Notes: generated from the sequence alone by a model not told the origin. 64,000 nucleotides of DNA from Fimbriimonadia bacterium (GCA_039961735.1 JABRVX010000044.1:3212-67211); one strand, 5' to 3'. Positions 9,601-19,571 are shown, numbered from the stretch's first letter. Made by a program: numbers and translations.

Positions 9601-11574
9601 ATGATGGACAGATTCATAGGATTGCGTGGGCTAGGCAGTCTCACTCTTGCGTTGTTCGTGTGTGCACCTGCCCTGGCGGACCGGGGCACGGAATTCGACG
9701 GATACAGTGCCACGGTTACGATGGACGTGCCGTTCGTGCTCGACGACACGGACGCGATGCAGGCCAGGGAGCATCTTTTCCCTCCGGTGGAGCAGCTCAC
9801 CGTCGTGCCGAATGTGCTGAACCTGTTTCCGCAGCGGCGCGGCCCTCGCTTCGTTGGTCAGAACGATCTGGTGAGCGACCTGTTCGGCAACGGCTACTTC
9901 CCGGGTCCATCCCAAAGCGGCCTCACGCCCGGAGACCCGAACGTCGCAGTCGGACCGGCGCACGTGGTCGGAGTTATCAACGGGCGCCTCACGTTCCACA
10001 CGAAAGCCGGAACCGTCACGTCGAACCTCAACCCTACCAACTTCTTCAGCGGGTTCGGTATCTCGTTCAGCTTGGTGTTCGATCCCCGGTGCTTCTATGA
10101 TCAGTATTCGGGCCGGTTTTTCATCATGTACGCGGCCCTCGAGAGTGGTGCCAATCGCTCATATTACCTGGTGGCCGTGTCCGACGACAGCGATCCGAAC
10201 GGCGTCTGGGCGAAATGGGCGCTGAACTCGACACTAAACGGAAGCACGAACAGCAACACGTGGGGCGACTATCCTGGGTTCGGTTACGACCAGAATGTTA
10301 TCATGTTCACCTCCAACCAGTTCCCTTTCAGCGGCAGCGGCGGATACGGCAAGATTCGCGTATGCCCGAAGCAGCAGTTCCTGGATGGCTCGCCTACCAT
10401 TACGTACACCGACTTCTGGAGTTTCACGAATCCGAGTGGCGGGACGGCATGGAGCCTGCAGCCGGGGCGACACCTCGGCACCAGCAATTTGCCTTACGTG
10501 GTCAACGTTAGTGGCGGCAACCGGCTGAACATCTTCGCCATACAGAACCCCCTCGGTACTCCGACCCTGGCGAAGGTAGGAAAAGCGATTAGCAGTTATA
10601 GTCAGGCAGCCACTGCCGTTCAGAAAGGCTCTAGCACCCGAATAGATACTTTGGACACCCGCATCTATGACGTGTGCGTTCGGGATAACAAGGTTCTGGT
10701 GACCCACAACATCAGCGGCGGAGCCGGCTGCGTAGTGCGCTGGTACGTTGCGGATGCATCTGGCATGCCGAGCAACTTTACTGTGTCCCAGACGGGCAAC
10801 ATTTCGGATGCATCGGCCTACATCTACTACGGCGCACTGCAGATGAACCAATACGGTACTATTGGCACTGGTGTAACCAAGTCTAGTAGCAATGAATATG
10901 TGTCGCTTTACTACACAGGTCGTCTAACCTCCGACGCACCGAACACCATGAAACCGCTCACTTTGAAGCGCGCTGCCACCGTCGGATACAACGGCGAAGC
11001 GAACCCCTGCCGCTGGGGCGACTACATCGGCGGTGCGGTGGACCCGGCAGACGACACCACGTTCTGGGCAATCGGCATGGTACCGGTGGGCACCGGATCG
11101 TGGGGGACGGAGATCTACTCGTACAGCTTGGACCCGACCACGGGACCGCTTTCCGGGCAGATCACGTTGCTCAACTACGTGGCTAGCCCCGCGGGCTTCA
11201 CGGCAAACCTAGAGTTCCGATCGCCTGGTACCACGACGGTGCTGCACAGCTATCCGATCACCCTCGACGGGTCGGGCAACTATAGCCTTCCGAACGTCGC
11301 GCTGGGCACGTTCGATGTAGCTGTCAAGTTCTCGCACTGGCTGCGAAACCTGCAGGGTTCTGTGGTGATCGTGCCGGCGGGCAACACGGTGAACCTGACG
11401 TTGGTGAACGGTGACTGCAACGATGACAACAGCGTCTCGCTCGGCGACCTCAACTACATCCTAACCACTTTCGGCGGCACCGCCTTCATGGGTGACCTCG
11501 ACGGCAGCGGCGTGGTTGACCTCGCTGACCTGAACCTGGTCCTGACCAACTTTGGACTAGCCGGCTCACCGTAG
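9601..11574 (+). CDS. Large secreted protein with C-terminal Ig-like + dockerin-like module
   Basis: GGAGGA before ATGATG; signal peptide; DPNVAVGP...RWGDY core; tail GDCNDDNSVSLGDL...GDLDGSGVVDLADLNLVLTNFG..GSP. Confidence 0.8.
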   Translation: MMDRFIGLRGLGSLTLALFVCAPALADRGTEFDGYSATVTMDVPFVLDDTDAMQAREHLFPPVEQLTVVPNVLNLFPQRRGPRFVGQNDLVSDLFGNGYFPGPSQSGLTPGDPNVAVGPAHVVGVINGRLTFHTKAGTVTSNLNPTNFFSGFGISFSLVFDPRCFYDQYSGRFFIMYAALESGANRSYYLVAVSDDSDPNGVWAKWALNSTLNGSTNSNTWGDYPGFGYDQNVIMFTSNQFPFSGSGGYGKIRVCPKQQFLDGSPTITYTDFWSFTNPSGGTAWSLQPGRHLGTSNLPYVVNVSGGNRLNIFAIQNPLGTPTLAKVGKAISSYSQAATAVQKGSSTRIDTLDTRIYDVCVRDNKVLVTHNISGGAGCVVRWYVADASGMPSNFTVSQTGNISDASAYIYYGALQMNQYGTIGTGVTKSSSNEYVSLYYTGRLTSDAPNTMKPLTLKRAATVGYNGEANPCRWGDYIGGAVDPADDTTFWAIGMVPVGTGSWGTEIYSYSLDPTTGPLSGQITLLNYVASPAGFTANLEFRSPGTTTVLHSYPITLDGSGNYSLPNVALGTFDVAVKFSHWLRNLQGSVVIVPAGNTVNLTLVNGDCNDDNSVSLGDLNYILTTFGGTAFMGDLDGSGVVDLADLNLVLTNFGLAGSP

Positions 11575-11591
11575 CGCAGCTTCTGTACCCT

Positions 11592-11619
11592 GCGGCCCTC
11601 CGATGCCCCGGAGGGCCGC
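11592..11619 (+). terminator. GC-rich hairpin after the secreted-protein gene
   Basis: 11-bp stem gcggccctccg/cggagggccgc; only a weak T tail. Confidence 0.5.
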
Positions 11620-11708
11620 TTGTCATCTACATGGACCAGTCCGTCGGTTGTCACGTAGTTTCGCCTCTCGGCGTAACATCGCCAGCACTCCGACAGGCGC
11701 GATGGAAC

Positions 11709-11815
11709 CGCCACACCGAGCCTGTCGCAGCGTACTTATGCACTTGGTGAATGGAGCAGCGTAAAGGGATGGCACGCCACACACGACTGCACGCCTCGAC
11801 AGGCTCAGCGTGACG
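11709..11815. repeat. 107-nt REP-doublet/MITE-like element (degenerate copy)
   Basis: Arms cgccacaccgagcctgtcgcagcgt and acgcctcgacaggctcagcgtgacg enclose a 57-nt interior. Confidence 0.6.
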
Positions 11816-11965
11816 TGAGCGGGCCACCGCTCCAGAACATCAGGGCTGTGAGTTGCCCCAGAGGGTACTCATACCTCAAGGGAACCAGTCACCAGGGCGA
11901 ACTCGGGGGACTAGGGTTGTATGGCATGGACCCTGTCGCTCAGGTGGCAGCGCTCAGAGTTCACG

Positions 11966-13384
11966 CTAATCCAGGTTCGGGGGGGTCCACGATGGATTCA
12001 GTTTGCGTCGCTCCCTGAATACATCCGCTCGGGCGTTCATCGTGGCTTGCAGCGAGGATTCGTCGTGCACGAGGCCCTGCCGGAGCCACGGCACGTTCAT
12101 CATCAGCGCGCCAAGTTGTTTCCAACCGCCACTCGGGGCTCGATCTACCACGTCGAGGGCAGGTCGGATCCTCTCCAGGTCCTGTGTGAGTTGGCTGCGC
12201 GCCGCGGTCACCGCCTCCATCAAGAGAACAGTATAGAAGTCCGGCCACAGCCAGAAGCGAGGTCGCATGTATCTGCGAGCGGCATGCGCGGCGAGAGCCT
12301 CTACTGCAGTCCGACGAACCTGATAGGGTAGTAGCACACGCTCTCGAATGGTCGAGAGTTGATTGGCGAAGCTGCGACCGAAGGTTTCCAAGAGACTCTC
12401 GAAGCGCTCCTGGGCTTTCCGGAGCGGTTGCATTTTCCACTCTTCGGCGAGTGCGCCGCCAGTTAGCGCGCCGACGATGCCTACCAGGATGGCCCCGCCC
12501 AGAGCACCGATTGGTCCGAGGAACCAACCTAAGGCCCCACCCAGCTTCGCACCTGCAATGACACCGACACCGCGGCCGACACTCTCCATTGCAGTGTGTT
12601 TCACAGCAGTGAGCGGATCCTGATCGTAGTCCCGGACCAGTTTGTAGTTTCTGTACGCCGCGAAAGCGAAGGTGATCCAGGGAAGGTGCATACCCAGCCC
12701 GTGTGCTGCGATCTCGCCCTTGGCACCGGCGATTGCCTCCTTTGTCGCCTCTTTCGCGGTGTCGTGGCTGAAGCCAGGCAGAGGGATGATGTTCTCGCCG
12801 ACTTCGCCGTGGGCGTCTTGGGGGACATAGTAGGTCACTCCCGGGTTAGCCGCAGCCTCGCCTTTGATAGCAGCGATATCGGCTACCGTCTTGATGTTTG
12901 CCGGGTGCCCGTCTACCAGCAGATCCCACACAGGCTGATTGGCCTCCGCCGCGACCTGAACAGCGTGTCCTTGGTGCGCCAAGAGGTCCGCCGCCTGCTG
13001 CTCGCCGACGTAGCCGACCAGGCGGTTCAGGAATCCTTCCTTCGCCGCGGCGTCGAGCGACTCGTAGTGCTGGTGGATGTAGTGCGCAAAATCGAGGCCG
13101 CTATGAATCTCGGCTGTCGAAGAGAAGTCGGCCGCGGCGGTCACGTCCGGGTCGATCATTGCCCACGCGGCTACGTACTCCGCCCCGGTCATGGCAGAGT
13201 ACGAAGCGAGCTCCGCCGGCGAAATCTTGCTTCTATACAGCCGCGAAGCCAGCCTAGAGGACCACTTGCGCGCTGGACCGTCCAGATGAATGCGCTCTTT
13301 GGCACGCTTACGTAGTACGGTGAAGGCGATGAGCCAAGCCATGAGCCACACGACCGCGCCGATCCCGAGTACGTAGTATATCAT
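11966..13384 (-). CDS. Membrane-anchored hypothetical protein with a PD-(D/E)xK-like motif and a glycine zipper
   Basis: N-terminal TM helix; GYVGE...WDLLVDG..NIK; GVIAGAKLGGALG...GAILVGIVGALTGG. Confidence 0.7.
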   Translation of the reverse strand: MIYYVLGIGAVVWLMAWLIAFTVLRKRAKERIHLDGPARKWSSRLASRLYRSKISPAELASYSAMTGAEYVAAWAMIDPDVTAAADFSSTAEIHSGLDFAHYIHQHYESLDAAAKEGFLNRLVGYVGEQQAADLLAHQGHAVQVAAEANQPVWDLLVDGHPANIKTVADIAAIKGEAAANPGVTYYVPQDAHGEVGENIIPLPGFSHDTAKEATKEAIAGAKGEIAAHGLGMHLPWITFAFAAYRNYKLVRDYDQDPLTAVKHTAMESVGRGVGVIAGAKLGGALGWFLGPIGALGGAILVGIVGALTGGALAEEWKMQPLRKAQERFESLLETFGRSFANQLSTIRERVLLPYQVRRTAVEALAAHAARRYMRPRFWLWPDFYTVLLMEAVTAARSQLTQDLERIRPALDVVDRAPSGGWKQLGALMMNVPWLRQGLVHDESSLQATMNARADVFRERRKLNPSWTPPNLD

Positions 13385-13485
13385 GCTGACCCCGTTCGAC
13401 TATGACGCTCCAAACATACCATTGGGTCCACAAGCATTATACATGCCTTCAGGGAGGCCGGTTGCACCGAATCCGGCTTGCGCGC

Positions 13486-13743
13486 CTAGCTACGGGGGAG
13501 GCGCAGCAGAACGTCGGCCTTCAACCCCTCGACGCGCACCCGCTTGCTGCGCGAGGAAGAACCGGAGAGAATGGTGATGGAGGTCTTCGGCACACGCAAT
13601 TCGCGAGCGAGGGCCTCGATTACCGCTCTGTTAGCCTGCCCGTCGGCGGGAGGGGCGGTCACCCGCACATGCAGCACCCCGTCCGGCCCGAGGGTAACCT
13701 CGTTACGGCTCGCGCGGGGCGTCACTCGCAGCGACAGTTCCGT
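13486..13743 (-). CDS. DUF167/YggU family protein, apparently starting at ACG
   Basis: LRVTPRASRNEV...VRVTAPPADGQANRAVIEALA...I.SG..SR.K. AGGAGG lies 6 nt before ACG 13743. Confidence 0.85.
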   Translation of the reverse strand, partial: TELSLRVTPRASRNEVTLGPDGVLHVRVTAPPADGQANRAVIEALARELRVPKTSITILSGSSSRSKRVRVEGLKADVLLRLPRS

Positions 13744-14248
13744 CTTCGACCTCCTGCACCGGCACGCTAACCGCGGCCGTGGCGGGCATGAACGTCTCGA
13801 GCCGCGCAGCAAACCCCTCCAGCATCGCGCGCAGCCCCGCGACTAGCCCTTCGCGCTCGGCGTGCAAGCGGGCCACCTCCTGCCGTATCTGCTGCACCTG
13901 GAGTTCGGCGTCCTGCTGAAGCTGTCGCGCCAGCGCGCGGGCCTCCGAGAGCACCGCGTCCGCCTCACTATGAGCCGCAGCCCGCGTCTCGTCTGCCGCG
14001 CGCTGGCCTAACAACACAGCCTCTTTCAGCGCCGTCTCCAACTCACGGAAGCGGCCGACCTCGGAAAGCAGCTCGCGCTCGGACTGCTCCAGTTGCCGCA
14101 CCCTTTGCACCAGGCGCTCCATCTCCTTGCCCACGTCGCGCCGAAATGCGTCCACCGCCTTGCGATCGTAACCGAATGCCCGCCGGGGAAAGACGGTCTT
14201 TTCCACCTGCAGTGGTGTTAGGCGTGGTTCCGCGATGTTCTCGTTCAT
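13703..14248 (-). CDS. DivIVA domain protein
   Basis: LTPLQVEKTVFPRRAFGYDRKAVDAF followed by a coiled coil; TGATG coupling to yggT. Confidence 0.85.
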   Translation of the reverse strand: MNENIAEPRLTPLQVEKTVFPRRAFGYDRKAVDAFRRDVGKEMERLVQRVRQLEQSERELLSEVGRFRELETALKEAVLLGQRAADETRAAAHSEADAVLSEARALARQLQQDAELQVQQIRQEVARLHAEREGLVAGLRAMLEGFAARLETFMPATAAVSVPVQEVEDGTVAASDAPREP

Positions 14249-14580
14249 CAGAGCAGACCCCCTATCACCGCCCGCAGCGCCCCCTGCAAAACCGAGAGGC
14301 ATATCAGTGCTACCAAGGGTGTCAGGTCCAACAAGGCGTATCCCATACGAACGGGACGGATGAACCGCTTCAATGGCATTGTCACCGCATCGCTGACCCG
14401 TTCCACGGTTCGCGTAAACCCGTTGTACGGCACCCGACCACCCATGTGTTGCACGAAGTCCAGCACCACGCCGAGCAGGATGGTGACCGTGAGCAGCCCT
14501 AACGCGTTGTACGCGACGGTCAGGGGCAGCACGTAGATGGGGTCGAAGAGAAAGGGCATGAAAACTCGCCCGATGATCAC
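14248..14580 (-). CDS. YggT family membrane protein
   Basis: Hydrophobic; PLKRFIRPV...LDLTPLVAL motif; upstream of divIVA. Confidence 0.8.
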   Translation of the reverse strand: MIIGRVFMPFLFDPIYVLPLTVAYNALGLLTVTILLGVVLDFVQHMGGRVPYNGFTRTVERVSDAVTMPLKRFIRPVRMGYALLDLTPLVALICLSVLQGALRAVIGGLL

Positions 14581-15155
14581 GGCTCCCCTCCCGCTTTCTC
14601 CTTCTCTAACATCTCCTCGACACGCTTCAGATTCATCATCGCCACGTCGTTCTTCGGGTCCACCTCGAGCGCTCTCTTCCAGGTAGCGATGGACTTCGCT
14701 AACTGTCCGGAACGCTCATAGCAGTGGGCCACTAAGTGATATGCTGTCGGCATCGGCTTGAGTGCCAGCATCTGCTCTCCGATCATCGCACCCTCGGCGT
14801 AGCGCTTACGCATGTAGTAGAAGAAGGTGAGGTCGTGCTTGCACTCCCACCGAGCAGGGTGCGCCTGCACCGCCCTTTTATACACCTGCTCTGCGTAGTC
14901 ATAGTTCTGCAGTCCCGCCTCGAGGATGTACCCGGTCGTAGAGAAGGCCTCGGTGTTGTCGGGATTCACCTCGATCCAGATGTATCCCACGCGAGCCACC
15001 ATGTCGTACTCGCCTTGGTGCCACGCGAGGTCGGACGCCTTGACTAGCTGCCACTCGAGCGAGTCCCACACGGCGTTCAGGGCATCGCGGCTTTGGGCCG
15101 GCGTCCCGGTCGGCCAGGTCACCGATACGAGCGCAGACAGAACCACTGCTATCAT
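14577..15155 (-). CDS. Exported TPR-repeat protein
   Basis: ATG 15155 overlaps the gatB stop (ATGA); short hydrophobic leader; TPR-like helices ([11 protein letters not shown]). Confidence 0.75.
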   Translation of the reverse strand: MIAVVLSALVSVTWPTGTPAQSRDALNAVWDSLEWQLVKASDLAWHQGEYDMVARVGYIWIEVNPDNTEAFSTTGYILEAGLQNYDYAEQVYKRAVQAHPARWECKHDLTFFYYMRKRYAEGAMIGEQMLALKPMPTAYHLVAHCYERSGQLAKSIATWKRALEVDPKNDVAMMNLKRVEEMLEKEKAGGEP

Positions 15156-16600
15156 TCCCTCTCCAGCTCCTCTCGAAGGATCTCCTGTACCATCTTCGGG
15201 TTCGCCTTGCCGCCCGACGAGCGCATCACGTGTCCGACGAAGAAGCCGATCACGTTCCGATGGCCTGCCCTGTACTTCGCGACTTCCGACGGGTTTGCCT
15301 CGAGCGCAGCGCGGCACCAGCGCAGCAACTCCTCCGAGTCCGACACTTGCGCGTCGCCCCGCTCTGCCACGATGGCCCGGGGCGACCGTCCATCCGCAAA
15401 GCACGCCGCCAACACATCTTTCGCCATCGTGGAGCTCAGGGTTCCCGCTTCGACCAGGTCTTGCAGCTCACGAAGGTGCTCCGGCCGCACTTTGAGGTTC
15501 GCGATCTGCACGTCCGACTCTTTCATCAGCCGCGTGAGTTCGCCGGTCAACCAGTTGCACGCCCGCTTTGCATCGCAACCCGCCTGCACGCACTGCTCGA
15601 AGTATGCCGCGGTTGCCGGGTCCGCGACGAGCTGATCGGCGTCCTTCGCAGGCAGCCCGAGCTCCCGACGATAGCGCGCCCGCTTGGCTGCAGGCAGTTC
15701 CGGCAGTTCGGCCCTCAGGCTCTCCAGCCACTCGCGCGCGATCCGCATGGGTGGAAGATCGGGGTCGGGGAAGTAGCGGTAATCGTTCTCCTCTTCCTTC
15801 ACGCGCATCACGTAGGTGCTTTCTCGCTCCTCGTTCCAGCCGCGTGTCTCCTGTCTCAACGTCTCGCCTCGTCTCATGGCTTCGATCTGACGTGCAACCT
15901 CCGACTTAACGCCGAGGTACACGGCCTTTATGGACCCGAGGTTCTTGATCTCCGTCTTCACACCGAGTGTCGCGCTACCCTCCGGCGCGACCGAGATGTT
16001 GGGCTCGCCCCGCAGGCTCCCTTCTTCTATCTTGCCGTCGCACACTCCGAGATAGAGCAGCAGAAGGCGCAACTCAGAAAGGTAGTCCCGAGCTTCCTCG
16101 GCGGAGTGTATATCCGGTGGGAACTCGGTGACGATCTCCATCAGCGGCACGCCGCTTCGGTTGTAGTCAATCCCGCTCTCCCCGCCCGGCAGGTGGATTA
16201 GCTTGCCCGTGTCCTCTTCCAGGTGCACCCTTCGGATACGGACCTTCTTCGTGCCTTCATCGGCGGGAAGCTCGAGGTAACCCGAATAGCCGAGCGGGTT
16301 GGTCTCCTCGTACTGTGATATCTGATAGCCCTTCGGCAGGTCGGGGTAGAAGTAGTTCTTGCGGTGGAAAACGCTGCGTTCCGGCACCGTGCAGTTGAGC
16401 GCCAACGCCGTCCGAAGAACCATCTCGATGGCTCCTCTGTTGGGCACGGGGAGCGCCCCGGGCTGGCCCGTGCACACGGGACAGATGCGGGTGTTGGGCT
16501 CTCCGCCGAAGCCCACGGGGCAGCCGCAAAACATCTTGCTCCGCGTGCTAAGCTCCGCGTGAACCTCCATGCCGATGCTGGGAATGTAGCCCTGGGTCAT
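15152..16600 (-). CDS. gatB: Asp/Glu-tRNA amidotransferase subunit B
   Basis: [47 protein letters not shown]. Confidence 0.98.
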   Translation of the reverse strand: MTQGYIPSIGMEVHAELSTRSKMFCGCPVGFGGEPNTRICPVCTGQPGALPVPNRGAIEMVLRTALALNCTVPERSVFHRKNYFYPDLPKGYQISQYEETNPLGYSGYLELPADEGTKKVRIRRVHLEEDTGKLIHLPGGESGIDYNRSGVPLMEIVTEFPPDIHSAEEARDYLSELRLLLLYLGVCDGKIEEGSLRGEPNISVAPEGSATLGVKTEIKNLGSIKAVYLGVKSEVARQIEAMRRGETLRQETRGWNEERESTYVMRVKEEENDYRYFPDPDLPPMRIAREWLESLRAELPELPAAKRARYRRELGLPAKDADQLVADPATAAYFEQCVQAGCDAKRACNWLTGELTRLMKESDVQIANLKVRPEHLRELQDLVEAGTLSSTMAKDVLAACFADGRSPRAIVAERGDAQVSDSEELLRWCRAALEANPSEVAKYRAGHRNVIGFFVGHVMRSSGGKANPKMVQEILREELERE

Positions 16601-16722
16601 CCGTGTGCTTCTCTAGGTTCCGATTGTGGCATACACGCTAGCCCCCCTCGATGTACCGGGACGGCAATCGGGACGAGCCCATGCGAGTCGCCGCCTGAGG
16701 CACCCTGCGGTACACTGCCTCC

Positions 16723-18060
16723 GTGGACTTTCGACAGGCGGTGGACTATCTAAGCAGCCTGCAACGGTTCGGCATCCGACCCGGCCTCGGACGAATGCGC
16801 GCCGTGCTGTCCCGCCTGAACGACCCGCAAGACCGCTGGTCCTCCATTCATATCGCTGGCACGAATGGCAAGGGCTCGGTGACCGCGTTCTGCGCATCCA
16901 TCCTTGGCGCCGCTGGGCTGCGGGTGGGCCGATATCACTCACCCTATGTGTTCGACCTGTGCGAACGCATTCTGGTGGGCGGAGAGAAGATCCCCCGGCA
17001 GCGGTTTGCCTCCATCATGTGCCGGATCGTTCCATTGTGCGAGGAGCTGGGCGACACCGAGCTAGGACCGGTCACGGAGTTCGAGCTGAAGACACTGGTC
17101 GCGTTCAAGTTCTTTGCCGAAGAGGCGGTGGACTGCGCGGTGGTGGAAGCCGGGATGGGCGGCCGGCTGGACGCGACGAACGTCATCCTGCCGCGAGTGG
17201 CCGCCATCACCAATGTGGGTCTGGACCACACCCCGATCCTGGGTGAGACCGTGGAACAGATTGCCAGGGAGAAGGGCGGCATCATCAAGCCCGGAGTGCG
17301 ATTCATGACGGCGGCGCAAGACCCGTCGGCACTCGAGGTGCTGTCGGCGCTCAGCCGTGAGATGATGGCAGGCATTACGCACGTGCGCCATGCGTCCACC
17401 AGACCCTCAGTGTACGGGCGCTCTGTCGTGTGGTGGGAAGACGGCAACGCGCTGCACGTGCGGACTCCCCGCATGTACCTAAAAGGCTTGCATGTTAAGA
17501 TGCTAGGGGCCCACCAGCGTGAGAACGCGGCGCTGGCAATCGCCATCACCGAGGGCTTTGCCGACTCCTGGGGCTTCGACATTCCCGAGGAAGCCTATGC
17601 CGAAGCCGTAGCCACCACGGAGATGCCGGGACGGATGCAGGTGGTGGCTCAGAAACCGACGATCGTACTGGACGGCGCCCACAATCGCGATGCGGCGGCC
17701 GTGCTTCGTCCAGCCGCGCTGGCCTTGGCCCGGTCGGGCAAGCTGCACGTCGTGCTAGGAATGACGAAGGGACACGATCCCCGTCGCTTCCTTGCCGCGA
17801 TGGCACCGATCCCGGGGAAGCTCATCCTGACGCAACCACTGGACGAGAGGCGGCTGCCTCTCGACGCGCTGTGCGAAGCGGCCGAGGACCTCGGCCTAGA
17901 CTTCCTGCGGGCCGAGAACGCGCTGGAGGGCATCGAACTGGCCCAGCGCGAAGCCGACCCAGACGACACCATCCTGGTTACCGGCTCTTTCTACTTGGTA
18001 GGCGACTGCGCCCCGTTGCTAAAGGGCCGAAGAGGACGTTCTAGGCAACGAGTGCCCTGA
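16723..18060 (+). CDS. folC: Dihydrofolate/folylpolyglutamate synthase
   Basis: HIAGTNGKGSV, EAGMGGRLDATN, PGRMQ, LDGAHN, TGSFYLVG. Confidence 0.95.
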   Translation: MDFRQAVDYLSSLQRFGIRPGLGRMRAVLSRLNDPQDRWSSIHIAGTNGKGSVTAFCASILGAAGLRVGRYHSPYVFDLCERILVGGEKIPRQRFASIMCRIVPLCEELGDTELGPVTEFELKTLVAFKFFAEEAVDCAVVEAGMGGRLDATNVILPRVAAITNVGLDHTPILGETVEQIAREKGGIIKPGVRFMTAAQDPSALEVLSALSREMMAGITHVRHASTRPSVYGRSVVWWEDGNALHVRTPRMYLKGLHVKMLGAHQRENAALAIAITEGFADSWGFDIPEEAYAEAVATTEMPGRMQVVAQKPTIVLDGAHNRDAAAVLRPAALALARSGKLHVVLGMTKGHDPRRFLAAMAPIPGKLILTQPLDERRLPLDALCEAAEDLGLDFLRAENALEGIELAQREADPDDTILVTGSFYLVGDCAPLLKGRRGRSRQRVP

Positions 18061-18190
18061 CAACTGGGTGGCGTCGTCCCTGCTCAACGGGTCCACCAGC
18101 GGTCTCATCGCTGCCCTCCGGCACCACTGGCGGGAGCAGATGCCAGAATCCGTTGCGTAACTTAGGTGAAACCGGTAATCGGAGGTCGAG

Positions 18191-19261
18191 TTGAGAGCCT
18201 TGTTTTGTGTTTGGGCGCTGGTAAGTGCGGGATTGGTCTGGGCGCAGTCGGGGGACGAAATGTCCCTCGCCGAGGCCAAGCGGATGCTAAAGGGCCAGCA
18301 GCAAGCCTTCGTTGCGGTAGCCAAGCAGGTCACGCCCTCGGTCGTGTACATCGAGGTGGAGCGTGAGCAACGAACGGGCGGATGGTCCCTTTTCCCTGAC
18401 TTCGATGACTTCTTCGGAAGAAGCAGTCGCCGCGTCATCGAGACGGGCAGCGGGGTGATCATGCGCTCCGACGGGCTGATTGTCACCAATAACCACATCG
18501 TACGCGGCGCCGACGTCTGTCGCGTGCGCTTGGGGGATGGACTACTAGTAGACGGCAAGGTGCTAGGAACCGACCCTGCGACGGACATCGCCGTCGTCAA
18601 AGTAGAGGCGAACAACCTGCCCGCTTTAAAATGGGGAGACAGTGATAAGCTGCAAGTGGGCGAGTGGGTGATCGCGGTCGGAAACCCATTCGGGCTGGAG
18701 CGAACCGTGACTACCGGCATCGTCAGCGCGAAGGGTAGGCAGGACCTGGGGGTGCTGGCACTAGAGGACTTTATTCAGACCGACGCGGCAATCAATCCGG
18801 GGAACTCGGGTGGAGCACTCGCAAACGTAGATGGAGAGCTCGTCGGCATCAATAGCATCATCTACACTCAGTCGGGTGGCAGCCAGGGCATAGGCTTTGC
18901 AGTGCCCTCGAACATGGCACGAAAAATCGTGGAAGAGATCGTGCGTAATGGCAAGGTGGAGCGCGGGTGGATCGGTTTCCTGCCACTGCGCGACAACAGC
19001 ACGGGAGCACGGGTGTATAGGGTGTACCGGAACGAGCCGGCTGACTCGGCCGGCCTGATGCCGGGTGATCTGATCCAGAAATATGGTGACAAGACAATCA
19101 GCTCCGCCGCGCAGCTACGGAAGTTAGTGGTAACGGACAAGCCAGGCTCGACGGTTACGCTGACCGTGCGAAAGCAGCAGACCGGCAAGACGGAAACCGT
19201 ACGAGTCAGGTTGGGAAGCGTCCCGATTCGCGACGACGGCACACCATACCCGGGCATCTGA
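18191..19261 (+). CDS. HtrA/DegQ-family serine protease with one PDZ domain
   Basis: TNNHIV, DIAVVK, IQTDAAINPGNSGG catalytic triad motifs; C-terminal PDZ. Confidence 0.92.
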   Translation: MRALFCVWALVSAGLVWAQSGDEMSLAEAKRMLKGQQQAFVAVAKQVTPSVVYIEVEREQRTGGWSLFPDFDDFFGRSSRRVIETGSGVIMRSDGLIVTNNHIVRGADVCRVRLGDGLLVDGKVLGTDPATDIAVVKVEANNLPALKWGDSDKLQVGEWVIAVGNPFGLERTVTTGIVSAKGRQDLGVLALEDFIQTDAAINPGNSGGALANVDGELVGINSIIYTQSGGSQGIGFAVPSNMARKIVEEIVRNGKVERGWIGFLPLRDNSTGARVYRVYRNEPADSAGLMPGDLIQKYGDKTISSAAQLRKLVVTDKPGSTVTLTVRKQQTGKTETVRVRLGSVPIRDDGTPYPGI

Positions 19262-19294
19262 GGCGAAAGCCTGCACGCCCGTCCCCTGTGCTAC

Positions 19295-19321
19295 GTGCTC
19301 CTCCTTCGGTAGGAGGGGCAC
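19295..19321 (+). terminator. hairpin downstream of the HtrA gene
   Basis: gtgctcctcct-tcggt-aggaggggcac; no T tract. Confidence 0.35.
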
Positions 19322-19571
19322 TCCCCATGCCCTGCTACATCCCGACCAGACTTTAGCAAGTCCGTAAGGGCTGTAGGCCCAGTCCCTCAGGACACGCCAT
19401 CCAGCCTTACCTGCCTCTGCGGGGTGGTAGCGACCCTCACCGCCGGTAGCGGGACACCTGTTCAGTATGCGGCTTGAGGTTCACACAAGGCAGCAGCGGT
19501 CGGAACCTCCAGTCGCCCAATCGGAGGGCGGATGGATTGATAGGGGCATCTTACCTAACGCAGATCGTGAC

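Noticed and set aside
19330-19480. Possible DUF559-type nuclease remnant (minus-strand AGWRVLRDW)
   Set aside because: Only a 7-residue resemblance, with no supporting upstream motifs.
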